Below the pieces are notes generated by a model. It was not told the origin of the DNA and did no database searches. It worked only from the letters and a program-made list of their open reading frames with translations. The position numbers and the translations under genes are program-made. A stretch of 64,000 nucleotides of DNA from Mustelus asterias (lineage: Eukaryota), in contig NC_135830.1 of assembly GCF_964213995.1 (NCBI RefSeq), positions 10,540,001 to 10,604,000 on the forward strand. The letters run 5' to 3'. Positions 36,405-46,066 of this stretch are shown piece by piece (the stretch's first letter is position 1; each line of letters begins with the position of its first letter).

Positions 36405-36640
36405 GGGTGGCAGAGTGGTTAGCACTGCTGCCTCACTGTCTGTGTGGAGTTTGCACATTCCCCCTGTAACTGCACAGGCTTTCTCCAGATGCTCTGGCCT
36501 CCTCCCACTGTCAAAAGATGTCTAGGTAAATGTGTGGGGTTGCTGGGGGTGTGCGTGTGTAAGATGCTCCTTTGCAGAGTCAGTGCAGACTCGATGGGAT
36601 GAATGGCCTCCTTCTACACTACAGGGATTCTATGATTCTT
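36405..36640 (+). mobile_element. Degenerate V-SINE
   Basis: tRNA-like head, V-domain remnant, TTCTATGATTCT tail. Confidence 0.75.
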
Positions 36641-36741
36641 CTGATACAGACCTTCAAATGGGATGGACAGGTAGATGTGGACAGAACGTTTCCACTGTGA
36701 CATGAATACACAGTGACATCCAATCCAACCACTTACACACA

Positions 36742-36960
36742 GACACTAAATTAAGGACCAGTTAAATTCAGACACTAAATCCAGAGACCATTTACACTGA
36801 GACACCAAATCCAGGGACCACCTACACCGTGACACCAAATCCAGGGACCACCTACACCGTGACACCAAATCCAGGGACCATCTACACCGTGACACCAAAT
36901 CCAGGGACCACCTACACCATGACACCAAACGCACGGACCATTTACACCGTGATGCCAAAC
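36742..36960. repeat. 30-bp minisatellite, about 7 units
   Basis: Unit GACACCAAATCCAGGGACCACCTACACCGT; central units near-perfect, outer units degenerate. Confidence 0.92.
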
Positions 36961-37056
36961 CACAACCTTCAGCAACTCAAAGGATGCAGGAAAACTATCA
37001 CCTCCAAATATCGCTTCTAATCTGAGACAACTGAGGCAACCTGTAACTTCCTGCAT

Positions 37057-37247
37057 TTAAGAGGCAATTTAACGTGGCCAATCCACCTAATCTGCACAGC
37101 GTTGGGGTGTGGGAGGAAACCGGAGTACCCGAAGGAACCTCATGTACTCACAGGGAGAACGTGCAAACTCCACACAGTCACCCAAACCTGGAATTGAAGC
37201 CAGGTCCCTGGTGTTGTAAGACGCCAGTGCTTACCACGGTGCCACCT
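37057..37247 (-). mobile_element. Degenerate V-SINE
   Basis: GTGGGAGGAAACCGGAG and GAGAACGTGCAAACTCCACACAG core. Confidence 0.72.
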
Positions 37248-38099
37248 TGTGTCACTGTACTGTGTTGCTAGGAAATAAGTTTTAGGATTTTGGCCGAGTG
37301 ATTGTGAAGGCAGAGCAGTAAACTACCAAGTCAGAATAGTGTGTGATTCTGAAGAGTAAATGCAGGTAGTGGGGTTTCCATGCACAAACTGTCCTTATCC
37401 ATGTTGGAGAAGAGGTGTGCAGTTTTGGAAGCTGCTGTCAAAGGAGGTTTAGCCAGTTGCTGGTAATTCTAGTAATGTCCATGTTCCAGTTATTAATTTG
37501 AAAAATTTCTAAATGAAAATTTAATGAAAATCCCTTTTCCTTACTTGAAACACAGTTTTAAATGGTCCGTTTGTTTCTAGACTCGGTTCCATGAGCAATG
37601 CCTTCAACTAAACAAAATCAAAACACTGCAACTGCTGGAAATCTGAAATGAAAAGAAAAAACGTTGTAAATACTCATCAGGTTAGACAGCATCTATGGAG
37701 ACAGAAACAGAGTCAATGTTTGCAGTCACTGACGCTTCTCTAATAAAACACATACCAATAGCTGCTGTTTAATGGGGCCATGGATCCCACAATCCCCTGT
37801 TCCCCAGAAACCGCTCTATCCATCACACACATTTCCCATTATGACACTTCTGTGTCAAGAGGGCGAGCTGTTTAAAAGTCGTCGAGTTCCACTTTTGCGT
37901 GTTGATGTTCATTAAAGATACAGATCGACTTCCCTCTCATTATGTATCAATTTCAGATACTTTGGTCGAGAATTTTCATTCTCCAATTTTCTGGTGGATA
38001 ATGGATGCCTTGAGTACTTAGATTACAGTATAATTTGATTCCTAATGTTATTGACTTCAACCCTATCCCTAATTTTCACATCGCAGCAAAAAAACTTAC

Positions 38100-38600
38100 T
38101 GTTCATAAATGAGGAGTTTCGATGGCGTGCGCTTTACCCACCATTCTTCGCGGTGGGGAATGTCCCCTATCCTCAGCACGGGAGGGTTGTGCATGCGCAG
38201 TGAAGCAGTGTTTGGCGCATGCGCAGCATGGATGATGGCAATGGGGAGAGACATTCCTCTGTCTCATCAGCAACCGGTAAGGATGCGGACACATGGAGGG
38301 AGGATTGGAACCGGCAGATGGACGGAGAGGGTTTCTAAATATCCGGTGAAGGTCTCAAACCTCGAATAGTAATCCGCAGGTCCTGTGTTTGCAGTTTTGG
38401 GTCTTTTTCCCGGGACAAGACTCAGGTTAACAGCCGCCATCTTGATTCAGCAGGGAGCGGAGCGCATGCGCTGGGATCTTGGTGACGCAACAGTGAGTGG
38501 GTGGGGCTTCAGCGTTTTCTGCTCCCAACTGGGTCCTAGTGCCCGGACGCAGAGCAAACCGAGCAACAGGTTTTAAACAGCTTCACCCACTCCCAGGCTG
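38100..38600. promoter_or_regulatory. CpG-rich promoter, probably of ZNF locus 6
   Basis: Perfect NRF1 palindromes GCGCATGCGC at 38215-38224 and 38462-38471; YY1 consensus GCCGCCATCTTG at 38433-38444; ATTGG box. Confidence 0.72.
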
Positions 38601-38640
38601 CAGCTAATGTTTGCAGCCTTGAGGAATCCATGGGCCATGT

Positions 38641-40682
38641 ACACACTCCAGAAGTTGTTTATTCCTGTTTCGCGCAAGAGTGGTAAGGGAATTGTGGCCA
38701 AGCCATGGCTTACAAGGGAAATTAGAGGTCGTATCAGATTCAAGGAAGAAGCTTACAAATCGGCAAGAAAAAGCAATAGATCCGAGGATTGGGAGCAGTT
38801 TAAAATTCAGCAAAGGAGGACCAAGGGATTGATTAAGAAGGGAAAAATGGAGTATGAAAGTAAGGTAGCAGGGAACATAAAAACTGACTGTAAAAGTTTC
38901 TATAGATATGTAAAAGATTAACAAAAACAAATGTTAAAAATGGGAGAATTCATAACGGGGAATAAAGAAATGGCTGAGGGATTAAATTTGTACTTTGCTT
39001 CAGTCTTCACAAAGGAAGACGTGAATAATGTGCCAGAAGTGCTGAGAGAAAGATGTTTTAGTCAGGGGCTGAAGGAAATCAGCATTAGTAGAGACATAGT
39101 TTTGGGGAAATTGATGGGATTGAAGGTGGATAAATCTCCAGGTCCAGATAATCTTCATCCCAGAGTACTTAAGGAAGTGGCCCTGGAAATAGTAAATCCA
39201 TTGGTGGTTATTTTCCAAAATTCTTTGGACGCTGGAATAGTTCCTACAGATTGGAGGGTAGCTAGTGTAAGCCCACTATTCAAAAAGGGTGGGAGAGAGA
39301 AAACAGGGAACTATAGACCAGTGAGCCTAACATTGGTACTGGGGAAGTTGCTGGTGCCTATTATCAAAGATTTCACAACTCAGAATTTGGAAGACAGTGG
39401 TATAATCAGACAAAGACAGCATGAATTTACAAAAAGGAAATCATGTTTGATGAATCTATTGGAATTTTATGAGGATCTAAGTAGTTGAGTTGGCCGAAGA
39501 GAACCAGTGGATGTGGTTTATTTAGACTTTCAGAAGGCTTTCGACAAGGTCTCACATAACAGACTACTATGTAAAGTTAAAGCACGTAGGATTGCTGGTA
39601 ATGTCTTGAGATGGATAGAAAGCTGGTTAGCAGATAGGAAGCGAAGAGTTGGCATAAATGAGTCTTTTTCTGATTGGCAGTCAGTAACTAATGGGGTTCG
39701 GCAGGGATCTGTGCGAGGACCCCAACTATTCACATTATATATTAATGATTTGGAAGAGGAAACTGAATGTATTATTTCCAAATTTGCAGATAATACAAAG
39801 TTGGGTGGGAGGGTGAGCTGTGAGGAGGCTGCAGAGATGCTTTAGCGTGATTTGGACAGGCTGAGTGTGTGGGCATCAGCATTGCAGATGCAGTATAATG
39901 TGGATAAATGTGAGATTATCCACTTTGGTAGCAATAATAGGAAGACAGATTATTACTTGAATAGGTGTAAATTGAGGGAGGTGTATACTCAACAAGATGT
40001 TGGATTCCTCGTGGATCAGTCGTTGAAAGTAAGTGCGTAGGTACAGTAGGCAGTAAAGAAGGCAAATGATATGTAGGCCTTCATAGCAAGAGGATTTGAG
40101 TATTGGGATAGGGATGTTTTGCTGCAGTTGTATAGGGCGTTGGTGAGGCCACACCTGGAGTATTGTGTACAGTTTTGGTGTCCTTATCTGAGGAAGGATG
40201 TCCTTGTTATAGAGGGAGTGCAGCGAAGGTTTACCAGGCTGATTCCTGGGATGGCAAGTCTGTCATATGAGGAGAAACTAAATTGGTTAAGATTATATTC
40301 ACTGGAGTTTGGAAGAGAGAGAGGGGATCTCATAGAAACTTATAAAATTGTAACAGGGTTAGACAGGGTAGATACAGAAAGAATGTTCCCAATGGTGGGG
40401 GGAGTCCAGAACTCGGGGTCATAGTTTGAGGATAAGGGGTAAACCTTTTAGAACTGAGGTGAGGAGAAATTTCTTCACCCAGAGGGTGGTGAATGTGTGG
40501 AATTCACTACCACAGAAAGTAGTTAAGGCCACAGAATATAGATCAAGGGAATGGGGGAACGGGAGTGGGGTGGGCGGGGGGGATTAGGATATTGAATTTG
40601 ATGATCATCCATGACCATAATGAATGGCGGAGCAAGCTCGAAGGGCTGAATGACCTACCCCCACTTCTAGATTCTATGTTTC
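38641..40682 (+). mobile_element. 5'-truncated degenerate CR1 (family F)
   Basis: Fragmented ORF2 ([18 protein letters not shown]) with many stops; 3' UTR. Confidence 0.92.
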
Positions 40683-41120
40683 AGTGAGAGAAGTTGCCTG
40701 AAGCGGTGGCAAAGAATTTGGTTACACTTCAGCCCCAGGCTCCTCATGTTTACATAGAAACATACTAGAAAATAGAAGTGGGGAGTAGGCCATTCGGCCC
40801 TTCGAGCCTGCTCCGCCGTTCATTATGGTCATCAAATTCAATATCGTAATCCCACCTCCCCCTCACCCCCACCCCCCGTATCTCTTGATCCCCAAGAAAT
40901 GTATCTAATTCCTTATTGAAATCAGACTCTACTTCTACTTTTGAGGAAGGGAGTTCCAAAGATTCAAGACTCTCTGAGTGAAAAAAAATCTCCTCATCTC
41001 TGTCTTCAATGGGCAACACTTTTTTATGATGTGGAGATGCCGGCGTTGGACTGGGGTGAACAGGGTAAGAAGTCTCACAACACCAGGTTAAAGTCCAACA
41101 GGTTTATTTGGTAGCAAATA

Positions 41121-41157
41121 CCATTAGCTTTCGGAGCGCTGCTCCTTCGTCAGATGG
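41121..41157 (-). ncRNA. Minimal hammerhead ribozyme motif
   Basis: CCAU-CUGACGA-A-GGAGC agc GCUCC-GAAA-GCUA-AUGG. Confidence 0.72.
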
Positions 41158-41549
41158 AGTGGAAATGTGCTCTCAAACAGGGCACAGAGACACAAAATCA
41201 AGTTACAGAATACTGATTAGAATGCGAATCCCTACAGCCAGCCAGGTCTTAAAGATACAGACAATGTGGGTGGAGGGAGCATTAAGCACAGGTTCAAGAG
41301 ATGTGTATTGTCTCCAGACAGGACAGCCTGCAAGTCCAGGAAGCAAGCTGTGGGGGTTACTGATAATGTGACATAAATCCAACATTCCGGTTTAGGCCGT
41401 CCTCATGTGTGTGGAACTTGGCTATCAGTTTCTGCTCAGCGACTCTGCGCTGTCGTGTGTCGTGAAGGCCGCCTTGGAGAACGCTTACCTGAAGATCCGA
41501 GGCTGAATGCCCGTGACTGCTGTGCACTGTTTGAGAGCAGATTTCCACT

Positions 41550-41586
41550 CCATCTGACGAAGGAGCAGCGCTCCGAAAGCTTATGG
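41550..41586 (+). ncRNA. Minimal hammerhead ribozyme motif
   Basis: CCAU-CUGACGA-A-GGAGC agc GCUCC-GAAA-GCUU-AUGG. Confidence 0.7.
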
Positions 41587-42261
41587 TATTTGCTACCAAA
41601 TAAACCTGTTGGACTTTAACCTGGTGTTGTTACAACACTTTTTTAAACAGTGACCCCGAGATTCTCCCATAAGAGTAAACATCCTCTCCACATCCAAGAC
41701 CTTTCAGAATCTTGAAGGTTTAAATTAAGTTGCCTCTTACTCTTTTAAACTCGAGCAGAAGCTAAACTTGAGCAGAGACAGTCTCTGGTGTTATTATATG
41801 GGACAGATTTACTTCTGGTCCTGTAATAAATGCATTTATTATTTCCAGTCTTGTAATATAGTCCTGTAGCTACGTTATATATTTCCAGTCATAGAGTCAT
41901 TCCAGCACAGAAAGAGTCCATTGGATAACTCGAGTCCATACCGACTCTCACAGTAATTTCATAGTTTGTCATGATTTTCACAGTGACTTCATTGCAGTGT
42001 TAATGTCAGCATCCTTGTGACACTAATTAATAAATTATCAAAAATAAACTATAAACTGTCTGTCGAGCAATTCTGTCCGTCTGGAGTGGGTCCCATTCTG
42101 TAACCCTGCAGCACACATCCAATCTCATTTAGAAATTATTGATCATCTCTGCTTGACTACCCCCACAGGCAGCAAGTTCAAGATCATCATCAATCGCAAC
42201 CCCCTGTATCTTCACCAACTGGAGCCATCCTATCCATTAAATATATTTTTAGTTCAATCAT

Positions 42262-43115
42262 AGCAGAGATATTTGTATCATCGATAGTCACAGGTGAGGT
42301 GCCTGAAGATTGGAGGGTGGCAAATGTTGTGCCTTTGTTTAAAAAGTGCTGCAGGGAAAAGCCTGGGAACTATAGGCCGGTGAGCCTCACATCTATGGTG
42401 GGTAAGTTGTTGGAAGGTATTTTGAGAGACAGGATCTACAGGCATTTAGAGATGCAAGTACTGATTAGGGACAGTCAGCATGGCTTTGTGAGTGGTGAAG
42501 AAGGCATTCGGCATGCTTGATTTCAGTGGTCAGAACATTGAATACAGGAGTTGGGACGTCTTGTTGAAGCTGGACAAGACATTGGTAAGGCCACACTTGG
42601 AATGCTGTGTACAGTTCTGGTCACCCTATTATAGAAATGATATTATTAAACTAGAAAGAGTGCAGAAAAGAATTATTAGGATGCTACCGGGACTTGATGG
42701 TTTGAGTTATAAGGCTGGATAGACTGGGACTTTTTTGTCTGGAGCATAGGAGGCTGAGGGGTGATCTTATAGAGGTCTATAAAATAATGAGGGGCACAGA
42801 TCAGCTCGATAGTCAATATCTTTTCCCAAAGTAGGGGAGTCTAAAACTAGAGGGCATAAGTTTAAGGTGAGAGGGGCAATTTTTTCACACAGAGGGTGAT
42901 GAGTGTCTGGAACAAGCTGCCAGAGATAGTAGTGGAGGCGGGTACAATTTTGACTTTTAAAAAGCATTTAGACAGTTACATGGGTAAGATGGGTTTAGAG
43001 GGATATGGGCCAAATGCGGGCAATTGGGACTAGCTTAAGGGTTTAAGAAAAAAGGCGGCATGGACAAATTGGGCCGAAGGGCCTGTTTCCATGCTGTAAA
43101 CCTCTGTGACTCTAT
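42262..43115 (+). mobile_element. CR1 family A fragment with internal deletion
   Basis: QHGFVSG joins directly to VKKAFGM at ~42495 through GAGTGG microhomology. Confidence 0.88.
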
Positions 43116-43760
43116 AGAGACTGTCTGGCAGCCTGCATGGAGATTTCCAGCTCTCTGTGTCCAGGACAGGAAGCAGTGAGCATGGACCTGTCAATCAGCC
43201 TCAATCAGCACCTTCAGGAGAATTGGGAGGGTGAATATTAGATACAGCAGAGTGAGAATGGAGGGAGAGTGTGTGGGATGGAGATTCACAGCTTTTGGGG
43301 AATGAGAGAGGAAAGAATGTTCCATAGAAACTAGAATTGTCTGTTCTGAATTTCTATCCTGTATTGACTGTGATGACTTTTGTAAATTGTTTTTACAGGC
43401 TATCAGAAGGTGAGGATTTACAGACAGAAATCTTAAACCAAACATCATGTCAACATCTGACAGAGTCACTCAATTCAACGGGACCTGAATATCATCGGCC
43501 TTTGAATCGAGAAGGAGAAATGTTTTTCTGTTCTGTCTGCTTCAGGAGATTTTAAATATCAGTGTGACTGGAAAAGCACCGAATCTCACAAACACCAGGG
43601 AGAGAGTGTTCCAGTGCACTGCATGTGGAAAACACTTCAGTTGCACAGCCTGAAAAAACATCGCAGCATTCACAGCGGGGAGAGACTGTACCCGTGTTCT
43701 GTGTATGGATGAGGGTTCAACTGATTGTCCGACCTGGAGAGTCACAAGGACACCTGCACC

Positions 43761-44351
43761 ATGGAGAAACGGTGGAAATGTGGGGACTGTGGGAAGGGAT
43801 TTAGATACCCTTCTCACCTGGAAACCCATCGACGCAGCCACACTGGGGAGAGACCGTTCACCTGTTCTCAGTGTGGGAATGGATTCAGTCGATTATCCAC
43901 TCTGCAGACACATCAGAGAGTTCACAATGAGGAAAGGCCATTCATCTGCTTTCATTGTGGGAAGAGATTCACTCAGTCATCCGCCCTGCAGACACACCAG
44001 CGAGTTCACAATGAGGAGAGACCATTCATCTGCTCTCAGTGTGGGAAAGGATTCACTCAGTCATCCAGCCTGCAGACACACCAGCGAGTTCACACTAGGG
44101 AGAGGCCGTTCACCTGCTCTCAATGCGGGAATGGGTTCACTCAGTTATCCCATCTGAAGACACACCAACGGTTTCACACTGGGGAGAGACCATTCACCTG
44201 CCCTCAGTGCAAGAAGGGATTTGCTCAGTTATCTACTCTTCAGACACACCAGCGAGTTCACACCAAGGAGAGACCATTCTCCTGCTCTCAGTGTGGGAAA
44301 GGATTCACTCAGTTATCCAACCTGCGGAGACACCAGCGAATTCACAAGTGA
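43761..44351 (+). CDS. C2H2 zinc-finger protein, 196 aa, 7 fingers, no KRAB (locus 6, intact)
   Basis: Kozak ACCATGG at 43761; seven complete fingers; TGA at 44349-44351; exon acceptor TTTTACAG before 43399. Confidence 0.85.
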   Translation: MEKRWKCGDCGKGFRYPSHLETHRRSHTGERPFTCSQCGNGFSRLSTLQTHQRVHNEERPFICFHCGKRFTQSSALQTHQRVHNEERPFICSQCGKGFTQSSSLQTHQRVHTRERPFTCSQCGNGFTQLSHLKTHQRFHTGERPFTCPQCKKGFAQLSTLQTHQRVHTKERPFSCSQCGKGFTQLSNLRRHQRIHK

Positions 44352-45139
44352 TTCCAGGAGTTGGATTCTGCTGTTATTGTTTCTGCTCTCAATTACATCC
44401 AGGACTGCATTTTGTTCATTCTCACAGTTGGTCACTGGGGAGAATTGGAGGCTCTCTTTCTGCTGGACTGGCCGGTCTCACCACTTTGCCTCCAGTGGGC
44501 TGATAATCTTTTAACCTTGTTTTGAATATCTGGCTTTGGATTTCTCAAGGATCACAGAGTGAAAGGGTGTTTGGAAGTTCAAAGATATTTTGTTCACAAT
44601 ACTATTTGGAAGGCGCACAAAGCATGCAGAGGGAGTAGTGAGCCTGCGGAACTGAAAGAGATTAGTATTAGTGAAAAAGTAGCACTGGGAAAATGAATGG
44701 GGTTGGAAGTGAATAAATCCCCAAAAAGCTGCTGATCTACATCCCAGAGTGTTGGAAGAGGTGGCTGTGGAGATAGTGGATACATTGGTGGTCATCTTTC
44801 CAAATTCTATAGATTCCACAGGACCAGGCTGAGGAGAAGGCAGTTGGTGTGTTCACTACATTTATTTATTTATTTTAAGTTAAATTTGTGTAAAAAAATC
44901 GGAGGTTTTTTTTAAAACAGGAAGTGGGCCCAGCAGGAGTCTGGGAAGGTTTTTGGAGGGTTTAAAAGTAGGCCGCACTTTTGAGCGGGCAGCGTCGTTA
45001 GCGGGCAGCAGAGTGAGCAGGAGGCAGAGTGAATGCTGTAGGGCTTTGGCTCACAGGGCTTAGGCAGAAAGGGCGAGCAGGGGTGAGTTAATTCATTTTT
45101 TGCTGTTTCTACCTGGTACTGGCAAGGTATCTAGAGGGG

Positions 45140-46066
45140 ATGGGTGTGAAGGCAGTGCAATGTTCCTCTTGCACTATGTTCGAGGTGAGGGACGACGTCA
45201 GTGTCCCTGTTGATTATACCTGTGAGAAGTGCATCCATCTGCAGCTCCTCCAAAACCGTGTAAGGGAACTGGAGCTGGAGTTGGAGGAACTTAGGATCAT
45301 TAGGGATGCAGAGATGGCCATAGACAGAAGCTTCAGGGATACAGTTACTCCGAGGAATGAAAATAGATGGGTGACGGTGAGAGGGGCTGGGAAGAAGCAG
45401 TCGGTGCAGGGATCCCCTGTGGTCGTTCCCCTTAGCAAGAAGTATTCCGCTTTGGATACGGTTGAGGGGGACGACATACCAGTGGTGAGCCGCAGTGAGA
45501 GGATCTCCGGCACTGAGTCCGTCCCTGTGGCTCAGGAGGGTAAGGAGGAGAGCGGGAGGGCAATAGTTATTGGGGACTCATTAGTTAGAGGGATAGATAG
45601 GAGGTTCTGTGGCAGCAAAAGAGACTCGAGGATGGTTTGTTGCCTAGCGGATGGCAGGGTCCGTGACGTCTCGGACCGTGTTTTCCGGATTCTTAAGGGG
45701 GAGGGGAAACAGTCACAAGTCGTGGTACACATTGGTACCAACGACATAGGTAAGAGAAGGGACGGGGATTTAAAACAGGAATTTCGGGAGCTGGGCTGGA
45801 AGCTGAGAGCAAAGACAAAACATGTGGTCATCTCTGGTACGCTACCGGTGCCACGTGATAGCGAGTTGAGGAACAGGGAGAGAGTGCAGTTAAACATGTG
45901 GTTGCAGGGATGGTGCAGGAGGGAGGGTTTCAGATACGTGGATAATTGGAACACGTTCTGGGGAAGGTGGGACCTCTACAAACAGGACGGGGTGCACCTG
46001 AGCCAGAGGGGCACCAATATCCTGGGAGGGAAATTTGCTACGGCTCTTCAGGGGGATTTAAACTAA
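45140..46066 (+). CDS. CR1 ORF1: zinc finger/leucine zipper + SGNH esterase, 308 aa
   Basis: CSSC..CEKC, IVIGDSL, HIGTND, DGVHL. Confidence 0.92.
   Translation: MGVKAVQCSSCTMFEVRDDVSVPVDYTCEKCIHLQLLQNRVRELELELEELRIIRDAEMAIDRSFRDTVTPRNENRWVTVRGAGKKQSVQGSPVVVPLSKKYSALDTVEGDDIPVVSRSERISGTESVPVAQEGKEESGRAIVIGDSLVRGIDRRFCGSKRDSRMVCCLADGRVRDVSDRVFRILKGEGKQSQVVVHIGTNDIGKRRDGDLKQEFRELGWKLRAKTKHVVISGTLPVPRDSELRNRERVQLNMWLQGWCRREGFRYVDNWNTFWGRWDLYKQDGVHLSQRGTNILGGKFATALQGDLN

Larger units (their letters stand above)
41027..41632 (-). mobile_element. Penelope-like element remnant: GIY-YIG C-terminus between inverted termini
   Basis: Inverted repeats ~41077-41188 and 41520-41629; minus-strand peptide QRRVAEQKLIAKFHTHEDGLN; 13-bp TSD CAACACTTTTTTA at 41014-41026 and 41633-41645; inserted in a CR1 3' fragment (40752-41760). 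Confidence 0.87.

Noticed and set aside
36742-36960. CRISPR-like periodicity
   Set aside because: Head-to-tail 30-bp units with no unique spacers and no cas genes; eukaryotic context.
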